Source: a virus. From it: a DNA stretch of 64,000 bases. The notes beneath the pieces were generated by a model. The model worked only from the letters and a program-made list of their open reading frames with translations, had not been told where the DNA came from and searched no databases. The stretch lies in IMG/VR virus record IMGVR_UViG_3300042387_001967; one strand, given 5' to 3'. Made by a program: the position numbers and the translations under genes. Positions 24,540 through 32,823 of this stretch are shown one piece after another. Every line of letters starts with the position of its first letter. Within the stretch, counting starts at the first letter, position 1.

Positions 24540-26294
24540 TCAGGCGGTTTCGACGAAGCTCACGTTCTCAGGATCGACAGCGTAACGCACGGTGCGGTTG
24601 GTTGCTGCCCAGGCGTCGGCAGGTCCTCCCGGTGAGATCTCCCCGTCGACGATCTCATACGGATTGTTGACCGTCGCGATGTCCGTAAACGTGGGGATGT
24701 AGAGCGCGTCCGATTCCGTCGCCCAGTCCGCCGTGATGTCCGCATCACCAGGATCAGCGATCGCGACGCGCAGCAAGCGTGAAGCTGCCGAGACCAGTAT
24801 GCGCCCAGCGACGCCCACCGCGATGATTTTGTCCGCTCCGGCGTTGCGCATGATGTCGTAGATCTCCGTCACGCGAAAATCATCCGGGTGGCCAGCGGTG
24901 CGGAGATACTCCACGATCTTGTCCCTGGCCACGCTGAGCAGCGTCTTCACTCCCTGCTTCTTCACATACGTGATTTCGAGATCATCGAGGACAAGCAGCG
25001 GGCCGGACTTCACGAGCACGTCCACGCCGGCCGGTCGATACTCCGGCGACTCGAGCAACGACGACACCGTTTCGAGCAGCGGATCAGCGTCGTAGGTGAT
25101 GGTGAAAATGGCATACTGATCGCCGTCATCCTCGCTCAGCGGAATCAGCGGCACGTCCAAACCGTCCACGATCGGCACCAGCGACAAGTAGAGCGACTCG
25201 AACCGCGTTCCGCAGTGCAGGCTGCCGTAGAGATCGGCGCGATCGGTTTTGCTGAACACCGCATAAGAACTCACCAGCGACTCGGTCGTGGTGCCGGACC
25301 ACTCGATGCTGACGATCCGCGACGCGCGGTGAAGCAACGGCAGCAGGCCGCGGAACACTTTGTCCCCGACCGACGGTTGCACGTAGTCCAGGCGGACGCT
25401 CTGCGTGATGCGCTGCATGTCCCGAGCCGACCGGAAGTAGACGTCGACGGAGGGCGCCGTCAGCGCGAGCGCCGAACCTGCGGCGATTCGCTGCATCTCA
25501 GCGTCGCTCGGGACGATAGGTGAGACCATGTTGGACTCCGGCCAGTTGCGATACACCAGCGCCTTCGTGGACGCGCGCGACCCGGACGTCAGCGAGCAGG
25601 CGATCTTGCGCGCCGTGCGCGCCAAGTCAGACAGTGTAGCTGACGGCACGCCCGACGTGAAAGTGATGGCCGCCGCAATGCCGACGAGCGTCGTCGCGAT
25701 CTCAGTGGCTGCGCCTTCCGTGCCGATTTCGATTGGCGCGCTCAGTGTGCCTTCCACCGGCAAGTCCACCGCCCAAGTGTTGGCGGTCGTCTGCGCCAGA
25801 ATGTAGGTGTCAGCCGCCCCGGTGTGCGTGCTGCCGGCGGCCAGTATCTGGACGTAGGTGGCGTCCGGGTTGACCGCCTTCAGAACCCAATCGTCGTCAG
25901 CGGCGAAGCGGAAGCGAATCGTGCGATCCAAACTGACGGCGTTTGGACTCGAGAAGGTCAGACGCACCAGACCAAACGCCCGCAGGTTCTCCACGTCGTA
26001 GACCCCGAAATTCCCGAGGTAGGCCTTCACAAACTCGCATGAGTAGATCAGCCCTTCGGCGACGTTGCCCAGGTCCAGGTCGCTCATGAACCTGCTGTGC
26101 GCTTCGTTCGTGGCTGCCCTGCGCAGTGCCAGCGGGGTGATGACGAGATCGCCGGTCGGCGTACCTGGCGCCAGGTCCACGTCGGGCATGGCGGGACGCA
26201 ACTCGGCCACCTCTTCCGCGCGCGCAGCAGCGATCTGCTCCGGCGTCAGTTCCGCCACGGATGGGTAATACTCTTTGGTGAAGCTCAGGTTCAT
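24540..26294 (-). CDS. baseplate J-like (T4 gp6-like) wedge protein
   Basis: N-terminus P.VDL.PG...DL...P, A.G.V..TFS, C-terminal VDVYF and VDVLVK elements typical of baseplate J. Confidence 0.7.
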   Translation of the reverse strand: MNLSFTKEYYPSVAELTPEQIAAARAEEVAELRPAMPDVDLAPGTPTGDLVITPLALRRAATNEAHSRFMSDLDLGNVAEGLIYSCEFVKAYLGNFGVYDVENLRAFGLVRLTFSSPNAVSLDRTIRFRFAADDDWVLKAVNPDATYVQILAAGSTHTGAADTYILAQTTANTWAVDLPVEGTLSAPIEIGTEGAATEIATTLVGIAAAITFTSGVPSATLSDLARTARKIACSLTSGSRASTKALVYRNWPESNMVSPIVPSDAEMQRIAAGSALALTAPSVDVYFRSARDMQRITQSVRLDYVQPSVGDKVFRGLLPLLHRASRIVSIEWSGTTTESLVSSYAVFSKTDRADLYGSLHCGTRFESLYLSLVPIVDGLDVPLIPLSEDDGDQYAIFTITYDADPLLETVSSLLESPEYRPAGVDVLVKSGPLLVLDDLEITYVKKQGVKTLLSVARDKIVEYLRTAGHPDDFRVTEIYDIMRNAGADKIIAVGVAGRILVSAASRLLRVAIADPGDADITADWATESDALYIPTFTDIATVNNPYEIVDGEISPGGPADAWAATNRTVRYAVDPENVSFVETA

Positions 26295-26692
26295 TCGATG
26301 GATTTGATTTCCTGCGTGGTTTGTCCAGCGCGATTGGTCACGGTGATACCCACCTGCGCCACGTTGTCTTTGACGGTGATCAGCGTGGTTTTTATGCTGG
26401 CTACGCTGTCGGCCGCCGCGCGCGCAGGTTCGTCGTAGAGCAGCATGTCGCTGCGCGCCTTCAGCGCGCCGAAGTTCAGGATGTGCTGCAGGCCCAGCAT
26501 GTCAAACGCGCCGTAGCTGAAAAGCGTGCGCGCCACTTCCGTGCCTCGGTCCGGCAGCAGCTTGTCGGACCCGAGCTGAGTCAGCAGCGAAACGCTGACG
26601 CGCTGCGCGACCGCAGCCATCCCATCCACTGAGCTGCCCCAGTCGATCGCCACTTTATTGGCTCCGCCGAAATTGATCTTGAGTGCTCTCAT
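26291..26692 (-). CDS. gp25-like baseplate wedge subunit
   Basis: QRVSVSLLTQLGSDKLLPDRGT resembles the gp25 (L.T..G....P..G) motif; precedes baseplate J. Confidence 0.6.
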   Translation of the reverse strand: MRALKINFGGANKVAIDWGSSVDGMAAVAQRVSVSLLTQLGSDKLLPDRGTEVARTLFSYGAFDMLGLQHILNFGALKARSDMLLYDEPARAAADSVASIKTTLITVKDNVAQVGITVTNRAGQTTQEIKSIE

Positions 26693-27015
26693 GCGTAGTT
26701 GTTGCCGTCCTGGATCTGACCGCCCCCGTCGTAGATGGATCTCAGGCATTGGCTCATGCCGAAAATCTGCAGGTAAGGAGCGGAAGCCACAGCGTAGCGC
26801 GCGTCCCGCGCGACCGCCAGCTTGAAGCGCCGGACCATCGAAGAGTCGCCGTCGGCCGGCTTCACGTCAGCGAAACTGAGTCGCTCCTGCATCGTCGCGC
26901 CGCCGCTGCCTGAGAACTCGAAAGGACCGCTTGGCAGGCGACCCTGCAGTTCCTGCCGGTGCTCTTGGAATGCGCGCGTGCGTGCGCGTTCATCTGCGAG
27001 CGCGTGCCCTTTCAT
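26689..27015 (-). CDS. hypothetical protein
   Basis: ATGA overlaps at both ends. Confidence 0.65.
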   Translation of the reverse strand: MKGHALADERARTRAFQEHRQELQGRLPSGPFEFSGSGGATMQERLSFADVKPADGDSSMVRRFKLAVARDARYAVASAPYLQIFGMSQCLRSIYDGGGQIQDGNNYA

Positions 27016-27776
27016 GCGTGTGCGCCCTCGATTTGACCTTCCATGTCCTGCATCTTCAGGCCGATGCGGTCCGAGCGGCGGGTCACCTGAGACGGCGAGA
27101 TCCCGAGCTGCGCGGCGATGACATTCTTCGCCAGCAGCGGCGATCCGCCGTAGCCAGTCGTGTGCTCGATAATCTTGCGGTCGACGCGGTCGGACGTGTC
27201 GTAGACATACTCCAGAGCCTCACCCAGGAAGTCCGGCATGTCGTGCCCTTCGTCATACATCTGCGAGGACGCCGCCACCGGCCTGGTGATCTTGCGCACC
27301 GCGGCGATGCGCTTCACGGACAGCCCGGAGCGGTCCGCCAGCTGCTTCACGTCCGGGTCGAACCCGAGCTCGTCCTGCAGTTCCCTCGATGAGCGTTCGA
27401 TTGCCCAGGCATCGATCGCGGCGCGATCCGGAACCTTCACCGGCCCCTGACTCTCGCGGCGGTAGCGCTGCAGCGACTGCAGCTGGTTCTGCGTCCATGT
27501 GCGCAGGTTGACGCCAGCGCCCGGACTGAATTTCCGAACGGCGTCCGCCGCATACAGCCGCGCCTGGTGCCGCATCTGCGGGTTCACGCTCACGCCCATG
27601 GAGGACAGCTTGAAGCTGATCGTAGGGTCGAGCGAGCGCACCACGCGGTTCATGTTGTCCGGCGTCGGATCCTTGCGCCACGCGCCGTAGAGCGCCTCTG
27701 ACGAAGTCGGCAGCGGGGACGTTGGAATATCTGGAGTCACGGGTATCAGTCTATACGCTTTGCTGCGGCTTGTCAC
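27012..27776 (-). CDS. sigma-70-family RNA polymerase sigma factor
   Basis: Region 2-like AVRKFSPGAGVNLRTW, region 3-like LQDELGFDPDVKQLADRSGLS, region 4 HTH NVIAAQLGISPSQVTR. Confidence 0.75.
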   Translation of the reverse strand: MTSRSKAYRLIPVTPDIPTSPLPTSSEALYGAWRKDPTPDNMNRVVRSLDPTISFKLSSMGVSVNPQMRHQARLYAADAVRKFSPGAGVNLRTWTQNQLQSLQRYRRESQGPVKVPDRAAIDAWAIERSSRELQDELGFDPDVKQLADRSGLSVKRIAAVRKITRPVAASSQMYDEGHDMPDFLGEALEYVYDTSDRVDRKIIEHTTGYGGSPLLAKNVIAAQLGISPSQVTRRSDRIGLKMQDMEGQIEGAHA

Positions 27777-27933
27777 GCTTGAGCCGCTCGCTCAGCATGT
27801 AGCGAAATCGCTCATGCACTTTGCGCACGGCGCACTTGCTGCATCCCCCTCCTCGGGAATGCAAGGCGGACTGCAGCTCCGCGTGGTAGCGTTTCTCAAG
27901 TTCCGGGTAGCGCGCGATACCCGGAACGCTCAC
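27751..27933 (-). CDS. small CxxC protein
   Basis: ATGA-coupled; GGGCSKC motif. Confidence 0.6.
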   Translation of the reverse strand: MSVPGIARYPELEKRYHAELQSALHSRGGGCSKCAVRKVHERFRYMLSERLKRDKPQQSV

Positions 27934-28307
27934 AGCAGGCCCTTCGCCTCGAGCTTCCCCCGGAACGCGCGGATCAACTTTCCGACCTCGCAGCTGGGGC
28001 AGGGTGCGCCGCCGTAGCTCGACACGAGCTTCCGCTTCGCGGCGAAGAATTCCTCGCGAAGTTCCTCGCTTCCAGGAATCGGATTGACGTCCACTTGTTC
28101 CGTCACCCAGCGTCCGACAACCTGCGCCTTGCGGCGCTCAGGCGACGTCTCCTGCGTGGGGGTCGCGCGCCCTTCGGCGACGTGATCGAGCGCGGTCATG
28201 TCGGCATACTCCGCGATGACGGTGAGTTCCGCGTCGAGCTCGATCGTGTAGGGCACGCGCTGGTCGCCCTTCATCCGGAATATCCTCAGTTTGCGTGGTG
28301 CTGGCAT
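27930..28307 (-). CDS. CxxC protein, paralogous C-terminal domain to 27751-27933
   Basis: Start MPAPRK at 28307; GGAPCPSC motif. Confidence 0.65.
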   Translation of the reverse strand: MPAPRKLRIFRMKGDQRVPYTIELDAELTVIAEYADMTALDHVAEGRATPTQETSPERRKAQVVGRWVTEQVDVNPIPGSEELREEFFAAKRKLVSSYGGAPCPSCEVGKLIRAFRGKLEAKGLL

Positions 28308-28312
28308 GGGTG

Positions 28313-28720
28313 TTAGATGTGGTGGAACAGGCGGTGGCCGATCCAGGCTGCGGTCGCCCATATCAGCGGCACGAGAAAGATTGGCAAGAAGAAACCGGCG
28401 ACGCCGAACAGCGTCCCGACCGCGGCGACATGCGCGGACAGGCAGCCTGGACATCCGAGGACGCCACGAATGAACCCGGGGGCGTTGGACTCGGCCGCCA
28501 GGAACATCTCGAAGTCCTCCGTGTTGAGCGTCAGGATGTCCTCGCGCGTCCGGTCCGCGCGCCACGATTTCGGAAACACGTAGGCGAACAGCGCGTGACG
28601 CAGCTCGCCCTTGAAGAACCAGTGGAGCCAGGCGGCGGTCCAGCCGGCGACGAGGAACAGAATGAAGACGATGGTGAGCATGGGGAAAGATTTACCGGAT
28701 GCGCGGAGCGACGCAAGCAC
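28313..28720 (-). CDS. DUF1360-like membrane protein
   Basis: Hydrophobic helices around GVLGCPGCLSAH. Confidence 0.6.
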   Translation of the reverse strand: MLASLRASGKSFPMLTIVFILFLVAGWTAAWLHWFFKGELRHALFAYVFPKSWRADRTREDILTLNTEDFEMFLAAESNAPGFIRGVLGCPGCLSAHVAAVGTLFGVAGFFLPIFLVPLIWATAAWIGHRLFHHI

Positions 28721-28745
28721 GATTATGACCAGCGACTAGAGCTCT

Positions 28746-29354
28746 TTATGTTAAACTTTCAAATTCCTCACATATTCTTCTTATGTCTTCTTCTGTGAAT
28801 TGCTTTTTCAAATGCGTGTTCTCCTTCAGGCATCGCGGCGGTGTCCCAACATACAAACCGAAGCATTTTGGGTTCACCTTTTTGGTGATGACAGTACCCA
28901 TTCCTATCATACTCCCGCTGCCTATCCTTGAGTATTGGTGACACATGCTACCAATTCCCATATTAACGTAACGCCCGATCATGGAGTGCCCGGCTATTAT
29001 GACATTACACGACAGTATGGCATTACTCATTATTGTTGAGTCATGCCCTACGTGGCTGGCTTTAAGCATGAGTATGTGATCCATCAGCTTTGTTGGTTTT
29101 TCACAACCCGCGTTTATAGTCACATACTCTCTAAAGATGTTGTCATCTCCTATGATGACCCCTTTGTTGGGCTTGCCAAAATAAGCCTTGTGTTCTGGCT
29201 CGGTGCCGACAGAACAAAAGGCTTCAAATCTGTTGTTGTGACCAATCAAGGTATCTCCGGTGATATAACAAAAAGCGCCAACGTAATTACCGTGACCCAA
29301 TTTCACACCATCGCCGATCACAGCGGTCGGGTGTATGTAGTTTGCTTTGTCCAT
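28746..29354 (-). CDS. LpxA-like hexapeptide-repeat acyltransferase
   Basis: IHPTAVIGDGVKLG..., IGDDNIFREYVTINAG, ASHVGHD; left-handed beta-helix; AT-rich. Confidence 0.9.
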   Translation of the reverse strand: MDKANYIHPTAVIGDGVKLGHGNYVGAFCYITGDTLIGHNNRFEAFCSVGTEPEHKAYFGKPNKGVIIGDDNIFREYVTINAGCEKPTKLMDHILMLKASHVGHDSTIMSNAILSCNVIIAGHSMIGRYVNMGIGSMCHQYSRIGSGSMIGMGTVITKKVNPKCFGLYVGTPPRCLKENTHLKKQFTEEDIRRICEEFESLT

Positions 29355-29397
29355 CGTGTTCAGGTCTTTATATTACGCATTATTGGTAAAGGAGCAG

Positions 29398-30726
29398 TCA
29401 CAACCACCTAATACGATCATGATACGTGAGCGCCTTGTCAACAAAAGAGCACACTGTCGGATCTGCATCGTGTATGCGTCGAAAAAGATTTCCCTCCTCA
29501 CCAAACTCAGAGTAGGACCATCCGAAAGAATTGTAGTAGTCCGCATCAAATGCAATTTGTCCTCCGTCGACGTGCCCTCCTGTAAGATGGCTTAACCCAG
29601 CCGCGCGAAAGTGACCATGATTCACTTCCTGTCGAAAGTGAATCATCTTGACCACGGGATTCTCTCTTACGTGAGCAACGAGGCTAGACACAAATTCCGG
29701 GTGAAGCAGATTGTCGTCTGACAGTATCAGCACCCAGGTCTTACTGAGGCTGCGGAGTGTGTCGTCCCATATACGAAGGTGGTCGCAAAACTGCATTCTC
29801 TCGGGTCTGTTCATTTTGACCAGCCACCGCAGATCCACACCGTCCGGAACCTGCGCGCTAGTAACTGAAGCAGCTACGCAAGGTAGCAACTGCGGACGAC
29901 TACAGAAGGTCAGAAGTGTCACGCGCAGGGTGGTGTCTGCGGGTTGTTTGATATGAGGTGCCAACTCGCCTTTGATGTTGTTCCAATGCGTGTGCACGCG
30001 TGAACCGCTCCAGAAATTTTCGTTTTCACACAGTAGACTGACCATGTGATGCCACGGCTTGCTACCTAACCACAGTTCTGCGTGCATGCGCGCCCATGGA
30101 TTGCCGGCTATGTGAGGTCCTCCGCGCTCTCTGTAACTCGACACAGAATCAAGGCTGTTAATCCAGTCCGCTCTCGCCATCCAGAAATTACCACTGTAGT
30201 GCGGATGCTGTGGATTGTGCTGCCAGTTCACGCCGACCATATCCGCCGATTGGAGAAGCTGTAGGTTGTGCTGCCATCCGGTAACGATGTAATGCATCAT
30301 CACGCGACGCCAAGCGCCTTTGCAGGAATCGTGCGGCGCACTAACACCTTTCGTGTGTAGATACATCACGACACCGGACGGATGCTCTTCGCACCACACA
30401 TCCAGCGCAGCCAATGTAGGAGTTTCGTAATTATGGAAGTCGGGAGCGCTACCAACGATATCGAGATCGAATTGACGAAGCCACGCAACATCATCAGACG
30501 TCCCCAGCACGAAAGACTTCGGCCTGCCTAACCCGGCGGCTGTCAAGTGCGCCATCTGTTCCGTTACAACTTCTTTCCAGTTACCCATACACGCTATGTG
30601 ATAGAACACCTGCAAATCTTCCAAGGTATATGACACAGCAGATTCTCGCACGCCGCGCCTGAGATCGTAACCTGCTTTGCTGTGATAATCGATCAGTGTA
30701 GTCGTAGCGAATTGATCTACTGCCAT
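29398..30726 (-). CDS. two-domain putative glycosyltransferase
   Basis: N-domain YLHTKGVS...WR..M...HYSGNFW; C-domain GT-A-like ILSDDN DxD motif; true start MAVDQF at 30726. Confidence 0.65.
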   Translation of the reverse strand: MAVDQFATTTLIDYHSKAGYDLRRGVRESAVSYTLEDLQVFYHIACMGNWKEVVTEQMAHLTAAGLGRPKSFVLGTSDDVAWLRQFDLDIVGSAPDFHNYETPTLAALDVWCEEHPSGVVMYLHTKGVSAPHDSCKGAWRRVMMHYIVTGWQHNLQLLQSADMVGVNWQHNPQHPHYSGNFWMARADWINSLDSVSSYRERGGPHIAGNPWARMHAELWLGSKPWHHMVSLLCENENFWSGSRVHTHWNNIKGELAPHIKQPADTTLRVTLLTFCSRPQLLPCVAASVTSAQVPDGVDLRWLVKMNRPERMQFCDHLRIWDDTLRSLSKTWVLILSDDNLLHPEFVSSLVAHVRENPVVKMIHFRQEVNHGHFRAAGLSHLTGGHVDGGQIAFDADYYNSFGWSYSEFGEEGNLFRRIHDADPTVCSFVDKALTYHDRIRWL

Positions 30727-31484
30727 GTCATCGCCTCCAGTTTTTTTCCACTCACGTTGGAGGTGTTGGCACGTTGCCCGCAAATCCATTTCGCAGGGCA
30801 GTAGACTGGCCAGTCCGCGCGCTGATGCGCCAACTCCAGCTGGTGGTCGATGTGCTTGTTCGTGCCGACGTAATCCGGCATGTAGGACACGTGGTTGTAG
30901 ATCTTCTGGATGTAGGCGGCGCTGACTGCATAAGCGTGCGTCCTGTTCACCGACTTGCCGACGATGACATCCGGGTTTGGCGTCTTGCCGATCGGTCTCC
31001 TGTGCTGCCCGCCCAGGTAGATCTGGCCCCAATCGGCAGGCACGCTCGTCATGAAGCGTTTGAGATCCTCCAGCGCGTTGTCCAGGAAGAACACGTCGTC
31101 CTCCAGGATCAGGGCGCTGCCCCAGGTCAGCGCCTCGCGCTCGTCCCGGATGTGCATCAGGTCCTCGCATATGCGCCTGTGGCTCTGCAGGCAACCCCAA
31201 GCTCCGCGGCCGCCGCCCCACCCGGCAGGGTGCGACGTGTAGTCTCCGATGATCGCCGGGTAGACGGTGATCTTGTCGATATCCGCGAGCCCCTTGCTCG
31301 TGATCTCTTCCTTGAATTCCGCCAGGCGGTCGGGCCGGTGCTGGCAGTTGATTACGAACACGCGGTCGAACCAGTCGGTCAGCTTCGCGGGCGCGGCGAT
31401 CACCGGCTGCGGCGCCTCCGCGAGGCTGACCGTCGCGCCGTTCTTGCTGTGCGGTCTGCCCTTTGTGCTAGGTTTTAGGCTCAT
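30717..31484 (-). CDS. glycosyltransferase family 25-like
   Basis: FVINCQHRPDRL, GCLQSH, LILEDD, YLGG, THAYAV, IDH motifs. Confidence 0.85.
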   Translation of the reverse strand: MSLKPSTKGRPHSKNGATVSLAEAPQPVIAAPAKLTDWFDRVFVINCQHRPDRLAEFKEEITSKGLADIDKITVYPAIIGDYTSHPAGWGGGRGAWGCLQSHRRICEDLMHIRDEREALTWGSALILEDDVFFLDNALEDLKRFMTSVPADWGQIYLGGQHRRPIGKTPNPDVIVGKSVNRTHAYAVSAAYIQKIYNHVSYMPDYVGTNKHIDHQLELAHQRADWPVYCPAKWICGQRANTSNVSGKKLEAMTWQ

Positions 31485-31644
31485 GCTCTGTATGGGTGTC
31501 TGCTGTTGATTTACACTGCTGCGTGCCGCGGGTGTCGTCAACGCGAACGTCATTCAGCGCCGTGGATGCTTTTGCAATTCGGGCGACAGCGCAAGCGATT
31601 TCGCAGTCCTCTCCCGGCTTCCGGTTGGTCCGCAGCACGCAGCA

Positions 31645-32823
31645 TCAGATCAGTGTGAACGTCCCGTTGTCGAACACGGTAACGGTAGCGACAGTCTTTG
31701 CGGCAGGCACGGCCGTGATGTTCGGGTTGAAGCCGGGAGTGATGGTCAGCGGAGGCGATGTGACGCCGTTATATGTGACGGTCACGGTTGCGGTCGAACC
31801 CCTCCTGAACCACCAGTCCGCCTTGAGGTCCAGCACGGTTGACGTGGTCCACGCTCCGGCCGTAAGGGCGTCCTCGGCGCTGATGTAATAGTCCTCGTGC
31901 CCGCCGGTCCATGGTACAGAGAAGTCCTGCCAGAGCATATACGCGGCAGAAATACCGTTAGCATACCAGCCTAGTGTGTTACCCAGAAACGCAGTGCTGG
32001 TGATCAGGTCGTACCCGCCGGTCCATTCGTATTTAATCACCATGACTTCGCCGCAGTCCGTGCAGGGAGTGCAGCCCATCTCATTGTCACACCAGATGCC
32101 GCCGCCTGCGAAGACTGAACCTGCGTCCAACCATGCTCGACAGTCGTCGTACGTCACCTCGATGTGCGCTAGAGATGTTACCGAAGGGCCTGGATCTGAT
32201 GCAGTGACGGCGATGTTGCCCGAAAACACCAGCATCCCGCACGCATCTACGGCCTGCACTTCAAGCGACGTGTAAAGCCGGTCGAAGATGGTGTGAGTCC
32301 CGGACTGTGTACCGCTTGTATTTATGGCAGCGCCTCCCAACGTCGCGGATAATTCAAAGGTATTTGCCGTCTTGTTCTTTACATAGTACCCTACATTTGC
32401 GGCCAAACCCGTTGGCAAAGAACCCGTGGTCTCGAAGGAGACGCGCCGGTTATTGGCGTAGCCGTGACTGGCCTTTGATACCACGCATGGAGATGCGATG
32501 GTCATTGTGACCGTTCCTCCGGCGACCGCCGCGCCGTATACGTCTACCGTTGAACCGGCACCTAACACTGTGGTGATTTGCTCTGGTGCGCCTACTGGCG
32601 CTAGCACTGGCTCACAGCCATCGCCCGTAACAGGGTCGCTGAGGTTGGCTGGTAAGTAGCCGGGGGTTCCGGTGTATCCGCCAGTGATATACACATCGAT
32701 CGGAAGCAGGATCGCAGGACCGCAGCAGCAACAGCCGGAGCTGCCGGAACCAGAGCCGCTACCAGAGCCGGAGCCGCTACTTGAGCTGACTGAACCGGAT
32801 GACTTGGAGCTGCCGTAGCTCAT
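31645..32823 (-). CDS. tail fibre / virion accessory protein
   Basis: Ser/Gly linker and CCCC at the N-terminus; module ASPCVV...HGY...V.F...G.LPTGL...YYV...FELSAT.GG common in phage tail proteins. Confidence 0.6.
   Translation of the reverse strand: MSYGSSKSSGSVSSSSGSGSGSGSGSGSSGCCCCGPAILLPIDVYITGGYTGTPGYLPANLSDPVTGDGCEPVLAPVGAPEQITTVLGAGSTVDVYGAAVAGGTVTMTIASPCVVSKASHGYANNRRVSFETTGSLPTGLAANVGYYVKNKTANTFELSATLGGAAINTSGTQSGTHTIFDRLYTSLEVQAVDACGMLVFSGNIAVTASDPGPSVTSLAHIEVTYDDCRAWLDAGSVFAGGGIWCDNEMGCTPCTDCGEVMVIKYEWTGGYDLITSTAFLGNTLGWYANGISAAYMLWQDFSVPWTGGHEDYYISAEDALTAGAWTTSTVLDLKADWWFRRGSTATVTVTYNGVTSPPLTITPGFNPNITAVPAAKTVATVTVFDNGTFTLI

Noticed and set aside
30727-31221. N-terminal extension of the 607-aa ORF 29398-31221
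   Set aside because: It overlaps the GT25 gene in another frame; the real start is the coupled ATG at 30726.
31490-31645. Small ORF or RNA between the fibre and GT25 genes
   Set aside because: Two short candidate frames and no convincing structure; insufficient evidence.
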